A DNA stretch of 64,000 nt from positions 40,922,001 to 40,986,000 of the forward strand of contig NC_087437.1 of the NCBI RefSeq assembly GCF_036321535.1. Direction: 5' to 3'. Shown piece by piece: positions 37,893 to 50,939 of the stretch. Made by a program: the position numbers and the translations under genes. The first letter of the stretch is position 1, and each line of letters starts with the position of its first letter. Below the pieces are notes generated by a model. That model was not told the DNA's origin. It searched no databases and saw nothing but the letters and a program-made list of their open reading frames with translations. Source of the stretch: Camelus dromedarius (Eukaryota).

Positions 37893-40309
37893 AGCGCAGA
37901 TCTGCTGACACAGAGGTAACCCTCCCAGCTGGTCCTAAATCAAACTGCGGGCCGGTAAGGAAAGGAGAGCGCAGAGAAGAGCAGCGCGGAGAAGAGCACC
38001 GCGGTGAGGAGGCCCGTGTTCACGGAGCGACAACTGCAAGTCAGGCAGACACTGTACGCGCTCACGTCGCCCTTCCATCAGCCCTAAGCGTTTCTACTCT
38101 TGTCTCCACTCTAAGGATTCCTTAAAAGAGAGATTCCACAAAATAACTACTCAAGCTTACAGACCTACTAAGTGGTGGGTTCACAGTAGGAAATGTGAAC
38201 AGTACAAAAAGCTATAAAGAATAATAATACAGACACTACCCACAACCCCACTCAAAACAAACTACTATTAGTGTTCAGTGCACCTCTGTATAGTATTTTT
38301 TTCACCGGCGTACAACCGCTTTGGATTTAGAGTTCAGTTTCCAGGGAGGGTTCCTGTCACTGAGATCTGAAGACCCAGGAACTCATGCCTGAGTCCCCAG
38401 CTTCGTCCTGATCCTTTGGTTCTCCCCCACCCCGTCCCTACCTTCGGTAATACACAGAAGTAAGAGCTTAGAGAGTTAAACAAGTGAGCTAAAGTAGGTG
38501 CTGAACGTTGACCTAAAACAGAATGGGAGCAAAGACCCTGCTCTAAGACTGAGCAGACATGGACCTTGAGCCACATGCGGAACAAGCTGCTTGTGTTCGG
38601 TTCCCTAGACAAAGGACGGAGGCTTGTGCTGAGACGTGTGCGCCTTGTGCCGGAGCTGAGGAGGGCTGCTGATCCTGGCACACACTGCGAGGGCCCGTCC
38701 CGGCCAGGACACCGTGGTCTCTGCATCGCGAGCCAGGCCTCGTGCACCAGAATCGGGGAGCGGACGTCATCAAGCTTCTGGACAGCGCTCTGTGATGTTT
38801 GGATGGTTCTCTGTTTAACCCCTGTGGAGACTGGTGTGTGTCTGCTTCATGCCAGACTCAGAGAAAACAGCCAAGATGAAAGATGGGAGGCTCAGGCTTA
38901 TAGATGTTGTATTCATAAAGTGTTTGTTTTCCTTGCCGTTAAGACCACTCTTCCAAGTGAATCATTCTGAGTTTCATTAAAGTACAGCAAAAAAAAAAAA
39001 AAAAAAAAAAAAGCCAAAATGATTTTAGCTTTATAGCTGTGGGAGCCCAGATACAATGAGCTGCTTCTTTTGGAAAAAAACAAAGAAAAGAAAAATAGAA
39101 AAGCTTAGTTTTTTTCCCCAGCCCTGCCACTAATTCTGTGAAGCCTGGAAACAACTGCTGTCCTCTTACCCCTCAAACCCTTAGCTTTCACCGAACATCA
39201 CACGAAAATGAAGATAACCTTCATTTTCATGATGTTTTAGCAAAGATTTTATATGACAGAGATTTGTCACATTCAGCCTGTGGATAATTGAAATTTACAG
39301 TTAGCAATTTTGTCAGAAGAAAGCCTTTTAGTCTCAGGGGTCCTTTATCACGTATTCTAATAGGACAATTAGAATAAAGGCAGGAAGTAGGTTCTAAAAA
39401 GAAAAACACCATTATGTAAGGCAAGGAGTAAAACAAGGCATTCACATATGAGAGGAATTTTAATATATTTTACCTGCCTCCTTTCAAACAGACAACACAT
39501 TTATGTCGTTGACAGTTCAGACGGAACAAAAGGCTGGAGAGTGAAAAGACTTCACACCCCTCTTCCCACTCCCCAGCTTTCCTCTCCAGGGGCAGGGCTC
39601 CCGGGGTTCTGCCAGAGGTATGTGGTGCACAAGCAATGCACGTAAATTCTTAGACCCTAGTATCTAAAGCAAGTAGGAACACACTATTGGATTACACTGT
39701 TCCATGCCTTGTTTTTACACTTAACAGTATCTCTTGAACATGGTTTCATTTCAGTATATAAAGAACTTCCCCATACAGGATCCCTACCTTAAAATTATGC
39801 CCCATAACCTAACTGCCCTCATTTGTGTCTATTTTGTCCCTTATATTATGGTATTTTTCTGTCTCTGCTTTCTTTCATTGTAAGCCCTCCTTTCTACTCC
39901 TCTTACATTGCATCTGGCTGAAAGGAAGAACTCTGGAAATAGCACATCGAAGAAAATCCCTGAGGTTGGGAACTTGTACCTTTCTGGAGAGACAGATATG
40001 CAACAAGATGTAAGGAGCAAGGAGTAGGGACAATGGGAGATGGAACCAAGATGAAAGACGAAGGCAACGTGGAAGAACCAAGCATTTGGGATAAGACATC
40101 CCCAATGTATCAATCACTGATGATGATCTGGATGGCTGGACCAGTAAAAGCTGTTTTCCTATGTGTGGAGTCTGGTAAGTGGGCAGAAGTGACTCATAGA
40201 CTAAAGCAGTAGAAGAGGGATTATGCTGGATGCACAGACTGACACGTGCCCAGCGAGCTAGAGAAATCAATGCAGCCTCTACAGAGGGCAATACAAGTTC
40301 ATATATTCC

Positions 40310-40565
40310 TAGTGGCCAATTTAGGGGAAAAAAAAATCAAAAACATTAAAAATGCACACACCCTATGGAACTATTAACAAACTCCTATTATTTTAGGAAA
40401 ACAAGGATGAACAAAGTTATCACATTATTTAAAACAGCAAAAAATGCAAACTACCTAAATATCAAAGATAAGGGATTAATGCAGTAAAGTATGGTACATC
40501 CATAAGCTAAATCTTATCAGCTATAAACATATTTACAGGCATGAGAAAATGTTCTCCATAACTTT
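40310..40565 (+). mobile_element. L1ME-type fragment (approximate)
   Basis: aaactacctaaatatc...gggattaatgcagtaaagtatggtacatccata. Confidence 0.5.
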
Positions 40566-40629
40566 GAAATTATTAAAAATAATAACAGCAAAAAGGCTCA
40601 CTCTGTATGTTTGTTTATTTTAATGTAAT

Positions 40630-40872
40630 GATAATAGCAGATGCTTACTGAGACTCACTATGTACCGGATGCTCTCTGTGGCATTTAAAATATGTTAACT
40701 CATTTAAACCTTACGATACCATAAATTAGGTGCTGTGATTTTTTTCAGATTTGCCCATGAAAAAACTGAGGTACAGAGCAGTTAAGCAACTTGGAGGAGA
40801 TGGCTTGTTTGGCAAGTGGAAGGCTGGTGACTGGTCCCAAGTGTCCTGGCTATACCCACACGCTTAGCCACG
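40630..40872 (-). mobile_element. MIR SINE
   Basis: gcttactgagactcactatgtacc...aactgaggtacagagcagttaagcaactt. Confidence 0.75.
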
Positions 40873-43800
40873 TGTGACAATGCCTGCCTATGTATCAAGA
40901 AACCTAGGAGACAAAACAGAATTAGGCTGTTTTTTAATGATAACCATAGGGGAGAAAATTTATCTCTGCATAAAGGAACTCATTGTCTGGAAGCAGCTAA
41001 GGGAGGCACTGAGGGAGGTGGGTCCAAGGCCGGTCTGCTGTGGTGCAAGGGTTCAGGTCTGACAAGGCTGACATGGGGAACGGAAATCAAGGGTAGACAA
41101 ATAAATTTCATGGGGACCAAAAAGCATCAACTCAGTATCTTAAAGGTAATTTAATCACAAATTATGCCATGAAAGCATTCAGATTAAAAAAAACAAAACA
41201 TAAAAGTGTTTATAAACCTGAACTTACAAAGTGATTTGTTTTTGCACATAATAGACAATTTCTTTAGTCTATAATGATTGCTTACGATGCCATTTACAAG
41301 CATGCTCTCATCGTGCACTTCAAATTAAATAAAAATATCCAAAATAAAAGAGTAAAATGAGGCTCCTTCTTATAAAACAAAGTACCCAAAATTCTAATGT
41401 TCACCTTACATATTGAATAATTGTATGGGGAGAAATTTCTCATACTTTGTAACTTTTCTTTGCAAATGCCTTCAAACCACTTTTATTATTACTTTATCAT
41501 TCTACATTGTTTTCAACAAATCATTTCACCTATGTCATTTACCATACTTGTCACCTAATGGCTATGTTTCCAGAAGTTCAAACCCACTGACAAAGGATGA
41601 TGATCTGTCACCGCGGAAGCTATTTTTAAAAACAGACGGCAGCTTTTCAAGACTCAGGGAGATAGTCCCATAACATATTTAGTAATGTCAACAATGCTAA
41701 GATAAGTATATTTTCCTAAAATGGCTCCTGAGAAATTCTGACATTTTGTTAAAACAGAACTAGTCACATTATTTCATTATCACATATGTAACTTCAAGTT
41801 TAAAAACCCTATTGTGTAGATTGAGCTGTATTTATAGACACATATCTAGAATTTATTTCAAGGCATGTGGGCACAGTACTCCTTAAAGCACAGTAAACAC
41901 TATTTTCCTCTTCATTGCACAATAGCCTGGGGTCTTGAGCAAACTAAAATAAACTACACTAATTTTTCAGTTGTATGTTAAAGCTTTAAATCCACCACAT
42001 AAATATTCCAAAACCAGCTCGGAGCAGTAAGCTGATGGCTGGACGGGATGCACAATCACAGGGAGTCCTCTAAGGCTTGGGGGAGCGGGAAACGCATTTC
42101 TTGACCTTCTGTACTGAAAGGCTCCTTTTCATCTGGTTTCAATTCTCCTGTTTGTGCACCTTGCCGTATTTATTATTGAATTCCTGATTTCTTCTCCTTG
42201 TTTCATGTTCCGTGTTCCAATGATTTATGAGAAATTGCTGATCTAGTTGTTATCTTTGGCATCCAGCAAGTGCACAGAGCCCCTTAAGAATGCGGGGAGA
42301 ATAAATGCATTCTGAGCTGCACGGCGCCCAGGCCGAACAGATGTCCGTCTGCACGTGAAAAATGCCAGCTGAAGAGGCCTCTGTAAGACCCATTCTTCTC
42401 AAACGCAGCAGTAGCAAGGGTGGTTTCAAAATCACTGACAGTTTTTCCTCATCGGTGGATGACTGTTCTTAGAAAACATTATGTGATCCTAAAATAGTGG
42501 TTTGAGGAGAAATCTGGTCAAAGATAGATTTTTCTCTTTTAGTTTCGCTCCAGGTAAAGTGATATGTTTTCTGCATCAGGATTCTGTCTTGTTCGGTTCA
42601 ACTAAGAAATGAAATATGCTAATAACATTTCAGTTCAGTCCTAAACATCTCCATAAAGATGATCTAGTTTGTAAATGTGTAGGGAATGAGTTTTTTTTTT
42701 TTTTTAATGGTGACCAGCTTTCTCTTGCTTAACTAAGTGAAAATTAGTTAGCACATCTAATGAGCTTAGACAAAATCACCTAATTAGATAAACTCTGTAG
42801 GCTTATCAAAATATTTGGGGAATTTTCTCTACGCTTCTTCCTCTCTACTAGAGGGGGTTAAACGCATCCAGAAAACATTGCTCTCACTGAACTTTATCTT
42901 TCCAGGCAAGGGCTCTGTCTTACCAAAGCACTACCACAAACACCCTAAAGCAGACATGTATGCAGATTCCTCGTAGGCTTAGTGCTTTGTGACTTTGTCC
43001 ACAGAATCTAATAATTTTTAAGTGACTACAGGGTGAGATGGGTCAATACATCAAGTTGTAGTTATTTAAATTTATATTCTTCACTCACTTCCATCTTATT
43101 TCTCAGAGTAAAATCAGGAAAGCAACACACAGAATGAAGACAACATGTAAAGAGGTTAAGGAACACCATAATAAACTGTGCCCTGACAATAAAATTATAC
43201 AATAGTTAAAGAGAAAAGAGTTCTTTCTTCTCATGAGAGTAAGGGAGAAAGCGGACACTTCTCCCTGTCTCTGCACACACGTAGCAGCTGTGATAGAACA
43301 CCTGGAGCAATGAATACTTTCCTAGTTTGGTAGTTAAGGAAATTCAGCAAGAGGTAGTTAGATAACAATTATTTTAATAAATCAAACATTCATTTCTGCA
43401 GTTCCAAATTCTTAAATCCTAGGGTACTTAAGAAATAATTAAAAACAAACAAACAAACAAACAAAAAAACCCTGAAGATTTCTCCTGGGAATTTTAGGAA
43501 TTTTTATAGGACATACATACCTCAATCTTGGCCAAGGGCAAATCTTTGATTTCCAGGGCTATTCTTTATACAGCTCATCAACTTTGTTTCCAAAACTCAA
43601 ATGTAACATTGTAGGAAACAAAATGTTTACTTCTGCATGATGGGACTAAGCATGATTTTCACTTTCTTCTTTATGCTTTCCTATTTTATATCGTTTTTTA
43701 GTGTTTATCACTTTCATAACTTGGGGGAGAGATATAGGGAAAAAAAAAATCCTAGGTTGCCAAACAGACACAGTGTAGTTCACAAGTCATGGCACACTGG

Positions 43801-46029
43801 TGAAGAAAGGAATTTTGTTGAGAGAGTTTCATAAGGATGGCTACTGACCTGTTCTACATTCTGGGATTCAAAAACATAGCCATAGATATAACCTTGTATC
43901 CATCGAGGCTAGGAACCTAAGGGTCTTGTCTAAGAACTTTATTAAAAAGTTTAATTAAGAAGAACCAATTCCACTCTAAAAAATGATTTGAGATAAAGTT
44001 AACAGATATTTAAACAAAGTCAAAAAGCAAAACAAAAACAATACCATACAGATAGTATACAAATAAAACTGCATTATCCCCAAACTGTTCTCTTTAGGAT
44101 ACAGAAGAAACTGTGAATCAGAAATGATTAGAGAAATTACTAGAGAAGCCATGCTCCCGTCAAGACTCCTGTTTTCTCAAAGCCCAGCTCAGCATCATTC
44201 AGGGCTACAGCTCTGTGCCCTCACTGGACCGTATCATATGCCATTCTCATTCCTCATTCAGACATTTCATTTCTTTACATTGTGCTTGAATTCTTAGTCT
44301 TTCTGTCTCCAATTGTTCAAGTTGCAGGCTTTCAGAAACAATGTCTTCTTTAATTGTGTTGCTAGTCGCCAGCTACTGCAGCCCTTCACTGCTGTATCAC
44401 AGATCTTTGCAGATATGACTCTGTTCAAATGTCATAAATGTCCACTATTGTTCCCATGACAGAACACCTTCTTCTGGCTCAGACAATGGGTGCACAGCTC
44501 CCGTTAGACTCCTGGACCTGCCAGGCAGTGCAGTATTTTTCTTTATAATGAAGATACGGGCTGTCACTCATCCTCACAGGCTGACTCTGTCTTCACCCAT
44601 CACCAGTAGGCACTTAGGCCCTTGCCCCATTTTACACAAGAAAGACAGTCATTCCTAGCACGCTGAGGAATGACTATTTTGAAAAAATAGACTTTACTAC
44701 AGATTTCAAATGGGAAACTGAAAAGAGGTCTTACATTATACGTTCTCAGAGAACTGCCGCAAACATCCAAATCAGTGCTGACTCTTCTCTCCTTCTCTCC
44801 AGCTCTGCTGCCAGCGGGGGTCTTCCTTGTCACCCTTCAGAGAGCCCCCAACCCCATCAGCTTCCTTTCCTTCCTCCAGTCTCTCACCCCCAACCTGTAT
44901 ACTTATATACTCAGTTGTCAGCAAGCTAAGAGTCTTCTTTATAAAGTGAAGGGTGATTATGAATAACAGTTTTATTTTCTCCTGCTACATTCATATTAAA
45001 TGCTCACAACAAGGCTTCGTGATACGTTTCAGCTCACTCAGTTTACACAGAGGAAAGTCCAGGGTCCAAACCCAAGTTCTCCCTCTAGAGCATCATTCTA
45101 AACTACTATACGATGCCTATTTCTTTGTATAATCATAAGTTGTCTCCATAATCCTCACATCAATGAGTATAAAATACCCAAACATCAAAGTCCATGCAGC
45201 TCCAGATACAGTAATGGCTTTTAAGATGCAAGACAAGAAGTAACTACAAAATTATATTTTTGTTTGTTTGTCTCTTTGTTCTAATAATGAAGGAAAGCAT
45301 CTCAAGGTCAAGTCCAACTTTGAGGTTGTCTCCCTTAAAGAAAAACAACGCTTGGACAGCCTATACACCCTACCTATCAATCACATAAAAAGAAGAAATC
45401 ATTTCCCGCATCAAGCTTTTATACATTAAAGCACACATTCTTAACCTCCAAGTTTTATAAAGATGCACACAGTAGTAAATGAATTGTGTGGTGGGGCAAC
45501 AGAAGTAGAAATAGTGTTGTTGAAGATTCTACACTTTAAAATCTGGACTTGAGAACTGTAAAATAGAGACTAAGAGAATCTGCACCGTTATCATCAGTCC
45601 TTATAAAGTCAGGGAACCATGACTTGCCTGAGATGTGAGCAACCACAGGAGATAGATGGATAAGGATGAATGAACCTGGGTAAGGGAAAGAGAGGATCAG
45701 ACCCAGTTCCCGATAATACTAGTAAAAATGAGTTACAGTGCCTTCCCCTGCACCACACTCCCCAGCGTGTTCTGCAGCCTCGCATATAACCAAAAAGAGC
45801 TTCCTTTTTCTTCCTTTGAACAGAGGAAGCACACTGACAAAGCAAAAGCTAGGTATGATGTGGTGACGAGAAAGGACAGCTTACACACTTCGGAGAAGAA
45901 AAAGGCTACACAGGACTTGGCTGTGGAAGCTGCCGGGAAGCTGTCCGCAGGAGTGAGACTCCCCACAGGCTCGGACCCTGTGCAGTTGGGGGAACAGCCG
46001 CCTTCCAACACGGAGCTGTGTTGAAGGGG

Positions 46030-46420
46030 TGTATCAGTCAGAGTGGGTTTGATTTTGCTGCAGAAACAAACTTTGAAAGTCTCAGTGGCTTAAATAGTGT
46101 TTATTTCCCAGTCACACTTACATATCCATCACAGAATGGCAAAGATGCTCTGCTCACTGAGCTATCAGGGCCCCAGGCTGACGGAGAGACCATTTCAACA
46201 TGAGCTTCCACAGTCACCAAGGCACGAAAGGGGCAAGTGGCAAAACATACATTGACTCTTAAAGCTGCCGCACAGAAGTGGTACCTGTGACTCTCCTCTC
46301 ACATTTCATTGGCTCAAGTAAGTCGTGGCCACAGTTAACCTCAAAGGGAGCTGGGAATGTGCAATCTCATCATGTGTCCAGAAGAAGAAGTGGAATGTTT
46401 GGGAACAGGCCTGATGGGTA
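46030..46420 (-). mobile_element. MLT1-type MaLR LTR
   Basis: tgtatcagtcag...gctgcagaaacaaac...tctcagtggcttaa...ctcacatttcattggc. Confidence 0.7.
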
Positions 46421-46572
46421 CCACGTGGAACCTCAGTGCTAATTTAATAAGGGAGAGGTGGCGGGTTGTCCTCCCTCAATTTCTCTGCCTCCAAAGAAGG
46501 GTGCTAAGGCTGTCCATGTGCCCTCATGTAGTTCATCATCTGTGATGGATTAGCCTCATCAGTCTTACTATT

Positions 46573-46710
46573 TTTTAAAATTTGCTTAATTTTGTTGGAT
46601 GAGGAGGTAATTAGGTTTATTTATTTTTAATGGAGGCACTGGGGGTTGAACCCAGGACCTCCTTCCTGCATTTCAGGCATGCGCTCTGCCACTGAGCTAC
46701 ACACTCCTCT
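46573..46710 (-). mobile_element. tRNA-derived SINE, camelid Vic-1-like (more diverged)
   Basis: aggtaattaggtttatttattt...ggaggcactgggggttgaacccaggacctc...ctctgccactgagctac; degenerate TSD. Confidence 0.85.
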
Positions 46711-46959
46711 CTTTGGCCTCACTATTCTTCAGTGAAGAGGGGTTAGAATTCACATCAGAAACTCTCTGTACTTCTAACTCTATGTTGACTAAAACCCACG
46801 TATCAACATTAGGTTTAGTAAACTGCGTATCATTCATTCCAAGGCTGAATTTAGTCATTTCCAGGTAATGCTTTTAGTCATCTTTAAAAAAGTATTGAGT
46901 GGGGTCATATCAAAAAGTGGTAAGAAAGGGCTCGTCCTACTTAGGTAGCTGACCATTGC

Positions 46960-47345
46960 ATTTGAGATCCTTAGTACCCACTTCCACATGCTGCTGGTTA
47001 AAATTTAATCTGATAAAATCCTTTTGGAAAGAAATGCGGCAGTACGTATCAAGAGCCTAAAATTACCTCTCATTCTTTTACGTAACAATTCAACTGCTGG
47101 AAATCCATCCTAAAAAATCCCAAATGCTTAAAAACAAAACCTTATGTTCACTGCCACACTGCTAATAGTAGTAGATTAATTTAAAATAACCAAAAAGTCC
47201 AATAATAGACAAATGATGTAAGCAAACAATGGTAAATCTATACGAGGTATCCAATAAAAATTGTTTGTGGGGAGTGATTATCTTGTAATGTTAACTGAAA
47301 GAATAGGGATGCAAAATTTTTCATATAGTGTAATCAGAAGTATCT
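46960..47345 (+). mobile_element. L1ME-type fragment (approximate)
   Basis: aatccttttggaaagaaat...tatcaagagcctaaa...aaaataaccaaaaagtccaataatag. Confidence 0.5.
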
Positions 47346-47479
47346 TGAATGTACCTATATCATATATATTTCTGTACATATTTTGACATTCATTGTGAGC
47401 AGACCACTTTGTACAATGGTCCTAAATAAGACCTGTTTCCCTTTGGATACGATTCATGTTATAAATACACAACTAAAGG

Positions 47480-48270
47480 ACTAGTATTATTTCTTAATGA
47501 GTGACACAGACCACAACTAACTTGTGACAACATGAGGGTATGTAATAAGATTTTAAGTTGAGCTTAGGAAGCTGGAAGATAGAGGCAAAATATATATATG
47601 AAAAAGAGAACATTAGTGGGTTTATTTGGCAAAAATTTATTTTCAAAGTGATTAGAAGAAATTGAGGCAGCATAAAAAGACCTAGCTGGAAAAGACCTAG
47701 TAGACACATTATAAACACTGAGGCTGCTCTGGAGTATCACTCGGGGATGTGTACATATGTTAAAAAATGCCTACAGAAATGCAATCCTCCTGTATATTAT
47801 GCCTTAATACACCAGTGCATACATGATTGAGGCTAGTTGTTTTATAATAATAACAAAGTTTGTTAAAATGGCTACAGTGGAAAAAATTTTGAAGGAAATT
47901 GAGGTTATTTAAGCTGGAAATAGAAACTGAGAAGAAAATCAATAGCTATTCAAAGAGGTAAAGGCATATTTGTGAAAATGTTGAGCAGTTCTTTAATGGT
48001 CATTAACACTGACTCTATTTAAAAAATAAATAACATTGACTCTATTAAGTATCTGCTGAAAGCAGACAGATTTAAGACAAATTAGAAAGCATTTCCTAAG
48101 TAGCAGAGCGACAACATTCTGGAAGGTAATGTCAGCGAAGTTAGGCAGACTCCCTCCACAGAGCCTGTTCCGTGTAAAGGGAAGGGAAGACAGCGTCTCT
48201 CCTTCGGAGTCCGAGGCCCTCTTGCTTGGGCTGGGGACGACAAAATGGTTTCTCCGTGGTTCTTTCGGTT
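47480..48270 (+). mobile_element. Ancient CR1/L3-like remnants (approximate)
   Basis: ttgaaggaaattgaggttatttaagctgga...; agatttaagacaaattagaaagcatttcctaag. Confidence 0.45.
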
Positions 48271-48562
48271 TGAACTGTAGGTGCCCTGTCCTCTATGTTA
48301 CTTTTCTGACTTTCCGGAAGCAGCAGAAAATCAAGACACTCTTTTCAAAAGAAGTTAGGTTTATTTTCAGTCACATTACCTGTGTTGAACCAATTTTGGT
48401 TTTTTAAAAAATTTCTTACAGTATCTTCAGAAATAACCTTTTGTGTACTTTTCTTGCTTACTAAACAAAAACTTATCACTGCTTCATAATCTCTTCTCTA
48501 AAAGCCTTGGAGACAACTGTAGTTTAAAATTCAGTACTTTTTCTGATTTTGAAACAATAACA

Positions 48563-48963
48563 TGGTACAAACATCATATATTATGTTAACACCCCCAGGG
48601 CAGTTGGGGTAATATCCATAGTTAAATACATCTGTTTCTCTGCAGTGATCTATGTTTGCACTAAGTGAGGTAAAGTGTGTACATGGTCTTGCGTCAACCT
48701 AGGTTACATTTTCTAATCAAAAATCTATGGTTTTCCAAACGGGTTACAATTTAAAATACACAATGTCCAAATGAATTTGAGTTTCAGATAAACAACAAAT
48801 AATTTTTTAGTATATTTCCCAAATACTGCATGGAACATACTTGTGCTGGAAGAGTTATTCAGTGTTTACCTAGAATTCAAATTTAACTGAGTTTCCTGGC
48901 TTTTTATTTGCAAAATCTGGCTTTTTGGATTTCAGAATTGCAAACAAGTGATTGTGGACCTGC
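48563..48963. mobile_element. MER46C/Tigger4-like element containing a MER53
   Basis: aacacccccagggcagttgggg..., and an end gctttttggatttcagaattgcaaacaagtgattgtggacctg. Confidence 0.55.
48741..48920. mobile_element. MER53-like palindromic hAT MITE
   Basis: gaatttgagtttcagataaacaacaaataattttttagtata...tgtttacctagaattcaaatttaactg, with inverted arms. Confidence 0.75.
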
Positions 48964-49968
48964 ACCAAGAAATATCCTAATTGAAACACTATTAACAGCT
49001 ACTCTTTTAGGGGTAGAGTTTGGTTTGGGCCTTTTGAAAGGAGTCACAAGAAACAAAGTTTTATTACATAAGCTTTATATCAACAGAATGTGTAAAATAT
49101 AAGACTCATGCAAAGGCACCCATGTAAACAACTCAAGGTATTTCAAAACTTAGAAATAACATGGCTACTCTAAAACTATTTTAATTTTCAGTTCTTTCCT
49201 GTTCCGCATTAACGTTCATCATCTATAAAACATTCCTGTCATAAGTCATAAAATTCTCCTGTAACAAAGATGTAGCTCCATCTAATGGAAAAAACTTCCA
49301 ATTACAGCCCTTCGTGGAGCGAGGACCATTTCCACGAGTGTTAGTAAAACTATAAAGTGCGTGTAGATCATAGACACACACACGTGCTTTTCTGTGCCTT
49401 TTCGTTTTTTGAAACTAAGCAGGACCCTAAAGTACTTAGTCATAGTTTTTGCAAGATCTGCTCTTTTCCTTAGATTTGGACTAAATAAATGAAATCAGGA
49501 TCTCTTGGATCCACCCACTCCTTACTCTCAAACCAAACCCTCAATTCCTTCTGCCTAGGTAACTATTACAGTCTCTCAGCTGATTTTTTTTTTTTTTTTT
49601 TTTGCTAATTTCCTAGCCTTCATTCTCTCCCAACTAATATGTTCTGCATGTTAATTTCAGACTAAATTTCCTAAAACCTGGCCTTCATCATTTCACTCTC
49701 CTGCCCTAAAAAACACATCTCCATCTCATTTTCTTCCTGCTCTCACCCCACCCTAACCATCCAATCTCTTCCCTCCCTTTTCCCCTCCCCATCCAGTCAG
49801 GACATGTCGCAGCTCCACTTCCTTCTGCTCATTCATTCTTCATTGTCTTGAAGTAATGGAATTAACAGACGCTGTGGAATCAGACTGAGTAAATGGTTCA
49901 GACTCCAGCTCAGCTACTTAATCACTCTGAGCCTCAATTACTTTGTCTATAAAAACATTTTACATATA

Positions 49969-49992
49969 TGTGTGTGTGTGTGTGTGTGTGTG
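49969..49992. repeat. (TG)12 microsatellite
   Basis: Direct observation. Confidence 0.9.
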
Positions 49993-50201
49993 TATAATAT
50001 AAACAGAACATAGCCCTGGATTTACCTTTTTGCTTAAGTCAATTTGGTTTGAGTTTTCTGTCCTCTGCAACTTCATGAGTCTTACCTCTTGAAAAAGATC
50101 AAAGCAGTCAGGGGCTGGCTTGGTCCTCACAGGCAGACCAAGATATTCTGTTAAACATAAAACATAAACATAAAACATTAAACATAAAAAATTTCACAAA
50201 A

Positions 50202-50537
50202 TGTTAACATCAGACAAAGTCACTCTGTGATCATGAGAGAGCAAGACAAAAATAAGGCAGTTTTAGTAATTATGTCTGAGCTAACACAAAAACAAGAACT
50301 GTCCAAACCACAAAAATGATCAAATATTCCCATTGTCTGGCTAATATAAGGAATTGTTGCTTTTACAACTTTAGCCCTAATTAATTCTTCCCACCTCCTA
50401 GGTAAGATTCGTTAAAAAAAAAAAACAAAACCCAATCACAGAATCACTCCCATGTCCTGATGGCACCCAAATCTGAGCAAACTGCTGCTGCTTTAAACCC
50501 TCCCCAAATCACCTAATACAAGCTGCAATCCTATAAT
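50202..50537 (+). mobile_element. LTR37-like ERV1 LTR, 3'-truncated
   Basis: tgttaacatcagacaaagtcactctgtgatcatg...ctgtccaaaccacaaaaatgatcaaa...aaaccctccccaaatcacctaa. Confidence 0.7.
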
Positions 50538-50939
50538 TAGCCTGCCCCATGAAGTTCATATGCATTTTTTTAAGCAAACAACAGCAGGATCTACCCAACA
50601 GCAAGGGTAAGGGCAGAGAGAAAGGGCATCCAAATCTATCCTTTAAAAAATTTGAGTTTAATCTCACTAGTCTTGTTAAATAAGGACAGTTCAAAAGTTT
50701 TCGTGATGATTTTATTTTTCCTAAATTTATATTTATTTATCACGCCATTTAGAAGGGAAAACCTTTTATTTTGGAAGTACTTCAGTTGACTTTTTGCAGT
50801 ACTAATGTTACAAACAAGACATTTCTTCCTTGTTTAAAGTAACTGAATAAGAACTCTTATAATTAAAGGTCCATTTATTTTTAAAATACCTCCCTCTTGA
50901 GGGCATTACTATTTTTGCACAGCTATGCTGTTAAACTCG

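Noticed and set aside
45798..46024. Strong-looking splice acceptor (cttcctttttcttcctttgaacag) followed by an open, hydrophilic frame
   Set aside because: No recognisable protein, no partner exons, and it runs into repeat-derived sequence; unsupported without RNA data.
49271..49290. Secondary CTCF-like motif (CCATTAGATGGAGCT, minus strand)
   Set aside because: Several mismatches to the core; cannot be told from background by eye. Similar weak hits near 40275 and 42845 were also dropped.
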